Source: Candidatus Enterousia sp.
GTDB taxonomy: Bacteria; Pseudomonadota; Alphaproteobacteria; Rs-D84
NCBI GenBank assembly: GCA_045631065.1
Contig: JAZQUA010000037.1
Coordinates: 1-38,686 of the forward strand
Direction of reading: 5' to 3'
Length of the DNA: 38,686 nucleotides
In this document: positions 1 through 7,931 of the stretch, one piece after another
How the letters are laid out: every line of letters starts with the position of its first letter
Position numbering within the stretch: position 1 is the stretch's first letter
Program-made: the position numbers and the translations under genes
The notes under the pieces: generated by a model
The model's input: the letters and a program-made list of their open reading frames with translations, nothing else
What the model was told of the DNA's origin: nothing
The model's database searches: none

Positions 1-1677
1 GTAAAAAAATTGCACCCTGATGTTAAATTCGCAGGGGGGCCAGCAATTGAAAATGGGTTCTATTATGACTTTGATACAGAATATCGTTTTTCCGAAGAAG
101 ATTTTGCAAAAATTGAAAAGGAAATGCGCGATTTAATCAAGTCTAATGGTCGTTTTGAACAGCGTAATGTTTCATTGAACGAAGCCAAAGAAATATTTGC
201 GTCCCAGCCATACAAGATGGAATGGTTGAATGAATATGATGCCGCGGGCGAAGCGTTGTCTATTTATACTTTCCGTGATTTTGTTGACCTGTGTCGTGGT
301 CCACATGTGGAAAGTTCCAAAGATTTGCCAAGGGATTCGTTCAAAATCCGTAATGTTGCGGGTGCATATTGGAAAGGCGATGCAAAAAATAAAATGTTGC
401 AACGTATCTATGTTGATGCATTTGCAAGTAAAGAAGAATTAGAACAATTCTTGAAAATGCAAGAAGAGGCTGCTGCGCGCGATAATCGTAAATTGGGCAA
501 AGATATGGATTTGTTCCATTTTGAACCAGATTATGCACCAGGTTCTGTGTTCTGGCACGACAAGGGTTATAAAATCTATCGCAAATTGATTGAATATTTG
601 CGTGCACGTCAAGAAAGGGCAGGTTATATGGAAGTTAGCACGCCTGCTGTTATGGACAGATGTTTGTGGGAACGCAGTGGTCACTGGGCAAAATATGGTG
701 AACATAATTATTCTGGCAAAACCCAAGATGGTAAAACATTTTGTATTAAACCAATGTCTTGTCCGGGGGGGATGTTGGTCTTTGGTCATGGCTTGCGTTC
801 ATACAAAGATTTGCCACTGTATATGGCAGAATTTGGCAAGGTTTATAGATATGAAGCGGCTGGCGGATTGTCGGGACTTATGCGTGTACGTGAATTTACG
901 CAAGACGATGCACATATTTTCTGTACAGAAGAACAATTGGAAGAAGAAGTTGTTAAAATCTTGCGCTTTATCAAAGATATTTATTCAAAATTTGGTTTTG
1001 ATAATATTTCAATGAAATTGGCAACACGTAAAAATTCTGAATTCCGTATTGGGTCTGATGAAATTTGGGACAAGGCCGAAGGTGCGTTAAAACATGCGCT
1101 GGATACAAATGGTATTGAATATGAAATTGCCGAAGGTGATGCCGCATTCTATGGACCAAAAATTGATAATTATTTAAAGGATTCAATGGGGCGCGTATGG
1201 CAGTGTGGGACTGTGCAATTAGATATGAATTTGCCAGAGCGATTCGATTTAAGCTATGTTGGTGAGGATGGTGAAAAGCATCGCCCAATTATGTTGCATC
1301 GTGCGTTGTTGGGATCTATTGAACGCTTTATGGGCGTGCTGTTGGAATCAACAGGTGGGCATTTGCCACTGTGGTTATCGCCAGAACCAGTTGTTGTCAC
1401 ACCAATTTCTGAAAAGCATGCAGAATATGCAAATGAAGTTGTTAATGCACTGCGCGCTGTTGGTGTGAATACACGTGCAGATTTGCGTGATGAAAAAGTG
1501 AACTATAAAATCCGTGAATTGTCACTGGCAAAAACACCAATCGTTGCAGTTGTTGGTGAAAAAGAAATGGCAGACAAAACAGTTACATTGCGCCGTTTGG
1601 GACAACAAAATCAGGAAACAATACCGCTGTCTGATTTTGTTCAAATGATGCAAGATGCAATTAAAATGCCGTTGTAA
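1..1677 (+). CDS. thrS: Threonyl-tRNA synthetase, C-terminal about 560 aa (5' end outside the window)
   Basis: The frame is open to base 1, and the listed M at position 10 is an internal TTG. Class II aaRS core and anticodon-binding domain motifs are present: GFYYDFD, MSCPGG, FGKVYRYE...GLMRVREFTQDDAHIF, GPKID, HRALLGSIERF. Confidence 0.95.
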   Translation, partial: VKKLHPDVKFAGGPAIENGFYYDFDTEYRFSEEDFAKIEKEMRDLIKSNGRFEQRNVSLNEAKEIFASQPYKMEWLNEYDAAGEALSIYTFRDFVDLCRGPHVESSKDLPRDSFKIRNVAGAYWKGDAKNKMLQRIYVDAFASKEELEQFLKMQEEAAARDNRKLGKDMDLFHFEPDYAPGSVFWHDKGYKIYRKLIEYLRARQERAGYMEVSTPAVMDRCLWERSGHWAKYGEHNYSGKTQDGKTFCIKPMSCPGGMLVFGHGLRSYKDLPLYMAEFGKVYRYEAAGGLSGLMRVREFTQDDAHIFCTEEQLEEEVVKILRFIKDIYSKFGFDNISMKLATRKNSEFRIGSDEIWDKAEGALKHALDTNGIEYEIAEGDAAFYGPKIDNYLKDSMGRVWQCGTVQLDMNLPERFDLSYVGEDGEKHRPIMLHRALLGSIERFMGVLLESTGGHLPLWLSPEPVVVTPISEKHAEYANEVVNALRAVGVNTRADLRDEKVNYKIRELSLAKTPIVAVVGEKEMADKTVTLRRLGQQNQETIPLSDFVQMMQDAIKMPL

Positions 1678-1681
1678 AATT

Positions 1682-1704
1682 ATGGGGCAGGGTATCTGCC
1701 CCAT
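1682..1704 (+). terminator. Hairpin immediately after the thrS stop
   Basis: Perfect 9-bp stem ATGGGGCAG / CTGCCCCAT with loop GGTAT. No clear T-run follows, so it may be a weak terminator or an RNA stability element. Confidence 0.4.
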
Positions 1705-1729
1705 ATAAGTATAAAAGAAAGGAAAGAAT

Positions 1730-1873
1730 ATGAAAAAAGTATTGTTTTTGGTTGCGCTGGTGATAACACCAATGATTTTATCTGGTTGTGCAAATAAGTG
1801 TGAAGTTGAACCAATCGTTGCAGAAAATCATAAACTGATTGTGCCACCAAATTTTGGAAATATGCCCAAATAA
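1730..1873 (+). CDS. Small putative lipoprotein, 47 aa (below the ORF-track cutoff; hand translated)
   Basis: Translation is MKKVLFLVALVITPMILSGCANKCEVEPIVAENHKLIVPPNFGNMPK. It has a signal peptide with lipobox LSGC and an AAGGAAAG Shine-Dalgarno sequence upstream. Confidence 0.5.
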   Translation: MKKVLFLVALVITPMILSGCANKCEVEPIVAENHKLIVPPNFGNMPK

Positions 1874-1891
1874 CTTTTTCGCTATATGCGT

Positions 1892-1920
1892 TTGGTTATT
1901 CTGCTTTTTTGTGGTATAAT
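1892..1920 (+). promoter_or_regulatory. Sigma70-type promoter for the SPOR gene
   Basis: TTGGTT (1892-1897), 17-nt spacer, then extended -10 TGGTATAAT (1912-1920). This lies about 33 nt upstream of the ATG at 1953. Confidence 0.45.
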
Positions 1921-1952
1921 ATCATACGTAAATGTATAGGAGGGTTTAACCA

Positions 1953-2729
1953 ATGAACGAAGATAACAACTTAGATTTATTAGATTTAGATGATAATGAT
2001 ACAATGGATACCTTGCCAGAGGTGCCTGCATTTGCAGCCCCACGACCAAAAAAGCCTTGGTTGTTGCTGACTTTGGGTGTTGTTGTCATTATATTGGCAT
2101 CTTATATTATTATTCGTTCAATTGGTGGTGATTCTTCTTCATCTATCGAAGTTGATTTAGATGCGCCTGTTGTAACATTGGATACAGGAGATGTGCCTGT
2201 TGATATGAATGTTATGCCTGCACCAAAGCCTGCGCCAGTGACCCCACAGCCAGAACAAAAGCCTGTGGAACAACCACAACCAAAACCAGTTCAGGTTGAA
2301 CAACCACAGCCACAGCCTGTGATTCCTGTGCGTGTTGTCGAAGATAGAAAAGAAGTAAAATTTGAACCAGCCAAGGCTGTACAACCAAAACCAGTTGCAA
2401 AGCCTGCTGCAAAACCACAAGCAAAAAAAACACAAACCAAGGTAGCGTCAAAGCCTGCGGTTAAAAAGACAGCACCTGCAACAACGTTTAGTTGGTATGC
2501 ACAGATGGGATCATACAGCACGCGTGCATTGGCCGAAGCCGGACAGCGTAAATTGGTCGCTTCACATGCCAGCTTGTTTAATGGCCAGAAATTTGTTGTG
2601 TTGGCGGCACAGTTGAAAAATGGCACAACAACATACAGATTGCGTGTCGGATTTAATACATCTGCGGATGCAAATGGATTTTGTCGTAATGCCAAGGCAG
2701 ATGGTTTAGATTGTTATGTAACAAAATAA
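1953..2729 (+). CDS. SPOR-domain (septal peptidoglycan-binding) membrane protein with a Pro/Gln-rich linker
   Basis: AGGAGG Shine-Dalgarno sequence. One N-terminal TM helix (WLLLTLGVVVIILASYIII), a PQP/KP-rich low-complexity linker, and a C-terminal SPOR-like domain (FSWYAQMGSYSTRALAE...YRLRVGFNTSADANGFC). Confidence 0.8.
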   Translation: MNEDNNLDLLDLDDNDTMDTLPEVPAFAAPRPKKPWLLLTLGVVVIILASYIIIRSIGGDSSSSIEVDLDAPVVTLDTGDVPVDMNVMPAPKPAPVTPQPEQKPVEQPQPKPVQVEQPQPQPVIPVRVVEDRKEVKFEPAKAVQPKPVAKPAAKPQAKKTQTKVASKPAVKKTAPATTFSWYAQMGSYSTRALAEAGQRKLVASHASLFNGQKFVVLAAQLKNGTTTYRLRVGFNTSADANGFCRNAKADGLDCYVTK

Positions 2730-2746
2730 ATAAAAAGGTGATAATA

Positions 2747-2953
2747 ATGTTTGGACGTTTTGGATGGGCAGAAATATTAGTAATCGTTGTACTGGTCGTT
2801 ATCTTGTTCGGTTCTAACAAGATTCCAGGTATGATGAAAAATTTAGCAGATGGGCTAAATGTTTTTAAGAAAGAAATAAAACAGGAAAAACAGCCTGTAA
2901 AAAAGACAACTGTTACAAAAGCGCCCGCTAAGAAGGTTACAAAAAAGAAATAA
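2747..2953 (+). CDS. tatA: Twin-arginine translocase subunit TatA/E
   Basis: MFGRFGWAEILVIVVLVVILFGSNKIPGMMKNLADG matches the TatA TM plus amphipathic helix, followed by a Lys-rich tail. The internal ATG at 2747 is preferred over the track start at 2711 (GGTGA Shine-Dalgarno sequence). Confidence 0.85.
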   Translation: MFGRFGWAEILVIVVLVVILFGSNKIPGMMKNLADGLNVFKKEIKQEKQPVKKTTVTKAPAKKVTKKK

Positions 2954-2981
2954 AAAATCCCACCGAATGGTGGGATTTTTT
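2952..2981. terminator. Bidirectional rho-independent terminator
   Basis: AAAAATCCCACC-GAAT-GGTGGGATTTTT: a 12-bp stem with an A-run and a T-run flanking it. It lies between the convergent tatA and the 79-aa ORF. Confidence 0.8.
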
Positions 2982-3219
2982 ATCGTTGTTTTTGATTGTC
3001 ATTATGTTCTTTTTGGGTTTTGTATATTTGATATAAACGCTGTGCAGAATAAGCGAATCCAGTAATCCACATTAATAAAATGATAAGGGTTTCACGATCA
3101 TAACCTTTATCAATAAGTTGATTTGTATTGTTGACGATTCCAGCTGTGGCCATACCGTTATATACAATATATATAAGCTCTCTGGGGTTAAATAGATTCT
3201 TTTTGTTTTCTGTACTCAT
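2980..3219 (-). CDS. Hypothetical 79-aa protein with one predicted TM helix
   Basis: ORF only, with no recognisable motif and a weak Shine-Dalgarno sequence. Hydrophobic stretch LIILLMWITGFAY. Confidence 0.3.
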   Translation of the reverse strand: MSTENKKNLFNPRELIYIVYNGMATAGIVNNTNQLIDKGYDRETLIILLMWITGFAYSAQRLYQIYKTQKEHNDNQKQR

Positions 3220-3304
3220 ACTAATATACTTTTGTTTTAGTTAATATGTGGAATTGTATTACGAAAAATAATGTTTGTCAAGTTGTGCGTATCGTGAGAG
3301 ATAA

Positions 3305-3332
3305 ATAAAAAAACCGGCATTTGCCGGTTTTT
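3305..3332 (-). terminator. Rho-independent terminator downstream of dksA
   Basis: ACCGGC-ATTT-GCCGGT stem flanked by an A-run and a T-run, abutting the dksA stop at 3331-3333. Confidence 0.75.
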
Positions 3333-3759
3333 ATCTGTGATTTTCGTATTCTTCTTGCTCTTCAATTGTTAATGTTGCAAGTGGACGTGCCATCATACGT
3401 TTTAAGCCGATTTCTTCACCGGATATTACACTGTAACCGTATTCGCCTGTTTCCATTCTGGCCAACGCGGCATTGATTTTTTGTAGTAGTTTATTGTTAC
3501 GTTCTGATATGCGCAAATCCATCGTTATATCCTGATTATAAGATGCGTTATCCGATTCGTCACCAACACCAACACTTTCTGTTTTTTCTGCCATACGAAC
3601 AGCACTTAGCACAGAATCGCTGTCGCTTAACAGTTCTTCTTTTTGTGTGTTCAGTATATTATAAAAATACGCCAGTTGTTCAGGACACATGTATGGTTCT
3701 GATTTTTTTGGTGTGTATTTAGCTGGTAATTCAATGGTCTTGTAATCCTGTGTTGCCAT
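3331..3759 (-). CDS. dksA: RNA polymerase-binding transcription factor DksA (Cys-less C-terminal region)
   Basis: DksA/TraR-like layout: an N-terminal coiled coil with acidic tip residues, then a C-terminus ETGEYGYSVISGEEIGLKRMMARPLATLTIEEQEEYE. The usual CxxC...CxxC positions read S..S and T..E. Confidence 0.85.
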   Translation of the reverse strand: MATQDYKTIELPAKYTPKKSEPYMCPEQLAYFYNILNTQKEELLSDSDSVLSAVRMAEKTESVGVGDESDNASYNQDITMDLRISERNNKLLQKINAALARMETGEYGYSVISGEEIGLKRMMARPLATLTIEEQEEYENHR

Positions 3760-4082
3760 TACTGTACCCCTTTTAATTCATTTATCCAGTCTGTTAATGT
3801 GTCTTCGTCCATTAAACCTGTGCGTGCTTCGACCAGTTCGCCACCTTTGAATGCCAGTACACTTGGAATGCTGCGAATACCATATTTTACAGGTGTGCGT
3901 CGATTGGCTTCATCAATTTCAAATTTTATAAATGTTACATCTGGGTGTTTCGCAGATGTTGCTTCGAATATTGGGCCAAACATACGGCATGGGCCGCACC
4001 ATGTTGCCCAAAAGTCAACCAATGTAATACCGTTACCGATTAATGTATCGATTGTTGTATCATTTGCATGTTCCAAAGCCAT
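3759..4082 (-). CDS. trxA: Thioredoxin
   Basis: WCGPC active site. The internal ATG at 4082 has a GAAGGAGAAA Shine-Dalgarno sequence. The stop overlaps the dksA ATG (TAATG). Confidence 0.95.
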   Translation of the reverse strand: MALEHANDTTIDTLIGNGITLVDFWATWCGPCRMFGPIFEATSAKHPDVTFIKFEIDEANRRTPVKYGIRSIPSVLAFKGGELVEARTGLMDEDTLTDWINELKGVQ

Positions 4083-4102
4083 CTTTTTTTCTCCTTCTTT
4101 TG

Positions 4103-4130
4103 TTGATATTCGAAGCGAGTGTATTATAAT
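4103..4130 (+). promoter_or_regulatory. Sigma70-type promoter for sufS-sufT-sufE
   Basis: TTGATA (4103-4108), 16-nt spacer, TATAAT (4125-4130), about 28 nt upstream of the sufS ATG. Confidence 0.5.
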
Positions 4131-4157
4131 CATCGTAAAATGCAAGAGAAATCATAA

Positions 4158-5246
4158 ATGAATAAAATCATATACTTAGATGCTGCTGCAACATATCAAA
4201 AACCGGATATGATAATCAGGGCAGAAATGGACTTTTTAAGACATAATTATGCAAATTCTGGGCGGGGTGTTTGTTCGCGTGTAACATATGTTGATAACAT
4301 TTTGCAAGATGCACGTAAATCTGTGGCGGATTTTATTGGTGCAAATGCACATCAGATTGTTTTTACGTCTGGTACGACGGATGCAATAAACAAAATTGCA
4401 AATATGTTGCATTTAACATCTAATGATATTGTTGCTGTGTCCGATTTAGATCATCACAGTGCCAGATTGCCTTTTGTAATGTCTGGGGCAGGGGTGGTTG
4501 TATATCCGTTGGATGAAAATAATAATATTGATATAAATAATATTCCATATGCAGATGTATTTATTATAACAGCAATGTCTAATGTTATTGGTGTGCAACA
4601 AGATGTTGCGCAAATTATAAAATGTGCAAAACAAAAAAATCCAAATGTTATAACAGTTGTGGATGCTGCGCAATCTGTCGTACACAACGAAATTGATGTT
4701 ATGAAATGGGATTGTGATTTCTTGTGTTTTTCTGGACATAAAATTGGGGCTGATACAGGACTGGGGGTAATGTATATAAAAAAACCAGATTTGTATAAAC
4801 CTGTTGTGTTTGGTGGTGGAATGGTGAACAAAATTATTGGTGACAAAATTATTTTTAATGCTGCGCCAGATTTGTTCGAAGCAGGCACATTACCATTAAC
4901 TCAAATTGTAGGCTTGATTCCTGCAATAGAAAATATCAGAAAAAATCGTCCAGATTTAAACTTGATTCGATATATGTATGACGAATTATCAACGATAGAT
5001 AAAATTAAATTTATATCACATCGCGATTCGGCATTATTAGCTTTTGTTGTTGATGGTATGCATGTTTTAGATTTTGGAACATTAATAGGTGCACGCGGTG
5101 TATGTTTACGTGTTGGTAATATGTGTGCATCTTGGATACATCAACACCTTGGAATTGATGGCAGTATTAGAATTTCTGTTGGTGCATACAATACATTTGA
5201 CGAAGTAAAACAAGTAATAGAATATATAAAAGAAATTATAAAATGA
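4158..5246 (+). CDS. sufS: Cysteine desulfurase, SufS-like class V aminotransferase (short, 362 aa)
   Basis: PLP-lysine motif SGHKIG, C-terminal catalytic Cys context RVGNMCASW, and N-terminal YLDAAATYQKP. Confidence 0.85.
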   Translation: MNKIIYLDAAATYQKPDMIIRAEMDFLRHNYANSGRGVCSRVTYVDNILQDARKSVADFIGANAHQIVFTSGTTDAINKIANMLHLTSNDIVAVSDLDHHSARLPFVMSGAGVVVYPLDENNNIDINNIPYADVFIITAMSNVIGVQQDVAQIIKCAKQKNPNVITVVDAAQSVVHNEIDVMKWDCDFLCFSGHKIGADTGLGVMYIKKPDLYKPVVFGGGMVNKIIGDKIIFNAAPDLFEAGTLPLTQIVGLIPAIENIRKNRPDLNLIRYMYDELSTIDKIKFISHRDSALLAFVVDGMHVLDFGTLIGARGVCLRVGNMCASWIHQHLGIDGSIRISVGAYNTFDEVKQVIEYIKEIIK

Positions 5247-5557
5247 TATGTAATAAACAAGATATTATTGATGCATTGAAAAAAATATATGACCCAGAAA
5301 TTCCTGTTAATATTTGGGATATGGGTTTAATTTATGATATCGATTTGGGAAACGATTCGATTGTTATAAAGATGACTTTTACCAGTCCGACTTGTCCAAT
5401 GATGGAAGAGTTATTGGCGCAGGTACATGAAGCTGTGCAATCAGTTTGTGCAGATATGTCTGTTCGTGTGGATTTAGTATGGGATCCGCCTTGGGATTTA
5501 TCGCGTATGTCAGATGAAGCGCGCTTAGAACTAGATTTAACAAATCAAGGGTGGTAA
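5243..5557 (+). CDS. sufT: DUF59/SufT-type Fe-S assembly protein
   Basis: DPEIPVNIWDMGLIYDI and MTFTSPTCPM motifs. ATGA overlap with the sufS stop. Confidence 0.8.
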   Translation: MICNKQDIIDALKKIYDPEIPVNIWDMGLIYDIDLGNDSIVIKMTFTSPTCPMMEELLAQVHEAVQSVCADMSVRVDLVWDPPWDLSRMSDEARLELDLTNQGW

Positions 5558-5559
5558 TT

Positions 5560-5922
5560 ATGACTTTTGATGAAATAAAACGTGTTTTAAGTTTTATTGA
5601 TAATCCTGTTGAAAAACTGGAAATGGTTATGGATTTTGGGAAAAAATTAGAATCTGTTCCAGAAAACGCAACATGTACAGAAATTGTTGGGTGTACTTCG
5701 TTTGTTGAAATTTGTCGTGCAGGTAATCGTTTTTTTGCACGTGCCGATTCGGCAATTGTTCGTGGTATTGCTGCGATAGTAATATCGATTGTCGATGAAA
5801 AAACGCCAGAACAAATTAAAAACATAGATATACTTTCTGAATTCCAAAGTTTAGATTTAAACCTTGGGGCAAGTAGATTAAACGGTTTAAATTCTATGGT
5901 TCGTTTTTTGCATAATTTATGA
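5560..5922 (+). CDS. sufE: SufE-like sulfur acceptor
   Basis: GCTSFVEI (the SufE Cys loop), ADSAIVRGIAA, and SRLNGLNSMV near the C-terminus. The ATG at 5560 lies 2 nt after the sufT stop; the track start is a GTG at 5551. Confidence 0.75.
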   Translation: MTFDEIKRVLSFIDNPVEKLEMVMDFGKKLESVPENATCTEIVGCTSFVEICRAGNRFFARADSAIVRGIAAIVISIVDEKTPEQIKNIDILSEFQSLDLNLGASRLNGLNSMVRFLHNL

Positions 5923-5957
5923 TATTATGTATATGATTTATTGCTGGGGGCTGGGGA

Positions 5958-6251
5958 ATGAGTGATGATGAAAAAATGTTTCAAATAGGTGTTTGCTCTG
6001 TTTGGGCTGTTTTGTTTCTGTCTGTTATTTTACAGGTGGCTTTTCGTACCCAAAATAGACAGATAAATCAAATTAGACGTGATATTGTAAAAACACAACA
6101 ACAGGTTGCTGTGGCAGAAGCTAGATATGCATCATTGGTAAGTCCTGAAAATTTACGCAGTATGGTTGTCACAATTGAACCTAAATCAGAAGTGGTCAGT
6201 TTTAATAAATCGGTTACGATTGAAAATTTACCAGATAGGGTTAAAAAATAA
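5958..6251 (+). CDS. ftsL: FtsL-like small bitopic cell-division protein
   Basis: 97 aa with one TM helix followed by a coiled coil. It sits immediately upstream of ftsI and overlaps its start, which is the typical ftsL position. Confidence 0.55.
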   Translation: MSDDEKMFQIGVCSVWAVLFLSVILQVAFRTQNRQINQIRRDIVKTQQQVAVAEARYASLVSPENLRSMVVTIEPKSEVVSFNKSVTIENLPDRVKK

Positions 6252-7888
6252 TGTTCGAAGTTGGCAAAGACATTTTAAAATATGGTTTTTCTGCGGTGCG
6301 TGGTAATGCGCTTACACGCAGCAGATTAAAAATTGTCTATACGTTGTTTTTATTGGCTTTTGTCGTTTTTGCAGGGCGTACTTTACAACTGGGGATTCAG
6401 GGTGCAGACAGGTCAAGATTGTCAGGTGTTGATAACGAATGGTTGGTGCAACGCGCAGATATTATTGATAGAAATGGTGATATATTGGCTAAAAATGTCG
6501 AATCGGGACATATTATTTTGCGTAATCGTGCTGTACGTGAACAAGATAGGGATTTGGTTGCACAGACAATTCATAATGCGTTACCGTATGAATATTCTTT
6601 GGCGCAAGCAATAGAATTGGTTAATTCTCCAAAACGTTTTATCAGATTGAAAAAGTATGCCAGTGATAATCAACGTAAAATTATTCAGCAGGCAAGATTA
6701 GAAGGATTGGAAATAGAAAAAGTACAAACAAGAAAATATCCTAAACGCAGATTGTTCTCACACCTTGTTGGTTTTGTTGGTGAAGATGGTCGTGGTTTGG
6801 AAGGTGCAGAACGTGTTTATGATGATTATTTAAAAGAAAATAAAGACCCATTGCGTTTATCTGTTGATTCTAGGATTCAATCTGTGTTCTATGAACAGTT
6901 GTCTTTTGCAATGCAAAAATATCAAACCAAGGCTGCGATGGGAATGTTGATGAATTCACGTACTGGTGAAATTATCGCAATGGTATCGTTACCTGATTAT
7001 GATCCTGAAAATCTGCGTGCAGATCCGATATCGCACAGATTGTTTAAACCAATGCGCAGTGTATATGAATTGGGATCAATCTTTAAAATATTCAATACGG
7101 CACTGGCATTGGAAAACGGTATTGATTCTAAAAAGGAATATTATGTTGCCAAGCCGTTCCCGATATATGATAAAAATGGTAGAATTGCAAAAAATATTAC
7201 AGATATTCGCAGTTTTAAACCGCCACGCCCAAGCATTTCTGTCGAGGAAATTATGGTGCATTCTTGTAATGTCGGCAGTGCGCAAATAGCACTGGAGTTG
7301 CCAGATGGGGCGCAAAAAGAATTCTTTGAAAGATTACATATGGATAAGGCGCTGGACCTTGAATTTGGTCGTACAGAGAATACATTGCCACAACGTAAAT
7401 GGGGGCCTGTGGAACGTGCAACTGTGGCATATGGTCAAGGTTATGCTGTGACACCAATGCATTTAATGTTGGCTGTAAACGCAGTTACAAATGGTGGTAT
7501 TTATATTTATCCAACATTACAGAAAAGAAATGTTGGTGTTGTTCATGGCGAACGGGTTTTGGCAGATGAAATTTCTGCAAAGTTGCGTCCAATAATGTTG
7601 CGCGTTGCCGAAGAAACTAGTGGCAAAAGGGCACGCGTTGCAGGTGTGCAAATTGGTGGAAAAACTGCGACCGCCGAAAAGTACACAAATGGTAAAATTG
7701 ATACAAAAAGAAATGTAACTGCATTTGTTGGTGTGTTTCCTGCGAATGCACCACAATATACGATATTGGTTGTCTTGGATGAACCGCATGGTACCAAAGA
7801 ATCTTGGGGATGGCGTACTGCTGCATGGAATGCTGTGCCGGTAACCGGAAAAATCTTGGATAGTATACTGCCGTTGCTATTTGAATAA
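6251..7888 (+). CDS. ftsI: Penicillin-binding protein 3 / peptidoglycan D,D-transpeptidase FtsI
   Basis: N-terminal TM anchor and PBP dimerisation domain. The transpeptidase motifs are SxxK = SIFK and SxN = SCN. The third motif reads KTA (GGKTATAEK) instead of KTG. Confidence 0.9.
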   Translation: MFEVGKDILKYGFSAVRGNALTRSRLKIVYTLFLLAFVVFAGRTLQLGIQGADRSRLSGVDNEWLVQRADIIDRNGDILAKNVESGHIILRNRAVREQDRDLVAQTIHNALPYEYSLAQAIELVNSPKRFIRLKKYASDNQRKIIQQARLEGLEIEKVQTRKYPKRRLFSHLVGFVGEDGRGLEGAERVYDDYLKENKDPLRLSVDSRIQSVFYEQLSFAMQKYQTKAAMGMLMNSRTGEIIAMVSLPDYDPENLRADPISHRLFKPMRSVYELGSIFKIFNTALALENGIDSKKEYYVAKPFPIYDKNGRIAKNITDIRSFKPPRPSISVEEIMVHSCNVGSAQIALELPDGAQKEFFERLHMDKALDLEFGRTENTLPQRKWGPVERATVAYGQGYAVTPMHLMLAVNAVTNGGIYIYPTLQKRNVGVVHGERVLADEISAKLRPIMLRVAEETSGKRARVAGVQIGGKTATAEKYTNGKIDTKRNVTAFVGVFPANAPQYTILVVLDEPHGTKESWGWRTAAWNAVPVTGKILDSILPLLFE

Positions 7889-7902
7889 ATTTAGATTATA
7901 AT
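7874..7902 (+). promoter_or_regulatory. Sigma70-type promoter for recJ, inside the ftsI 3' end
   Basis: TTGCTA (7874-7879), 17-nt spacer, TATAAT (7897-7902). Confidence 0.4.
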
Positions 7903-7931
7903 ATACAGCGATAATAAAAAAAGAGTATAGC

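Noticed and set aside
2157-2460. Repetitive CCACA(A/G)CCA... DNA, considered as a non-coding tandem repeat.
   Set aside because: It is in frame within the SPOR protein and encodes a Pro/Gln/Lys-rich linker. The antisense ORFs here (2157-2435, 2212-2451, 2291-2695) are artefacts of the low-complexity sequence.
2711-2746. Upstream extension of tatA (MLCNKINKKVII).
   Set aside because: It overlaps the SPOR gene stop. TatA homology starts at MFGRFGW, and a GGTGA Shine-Dalgarno sequence precedes the ATG at 2747.
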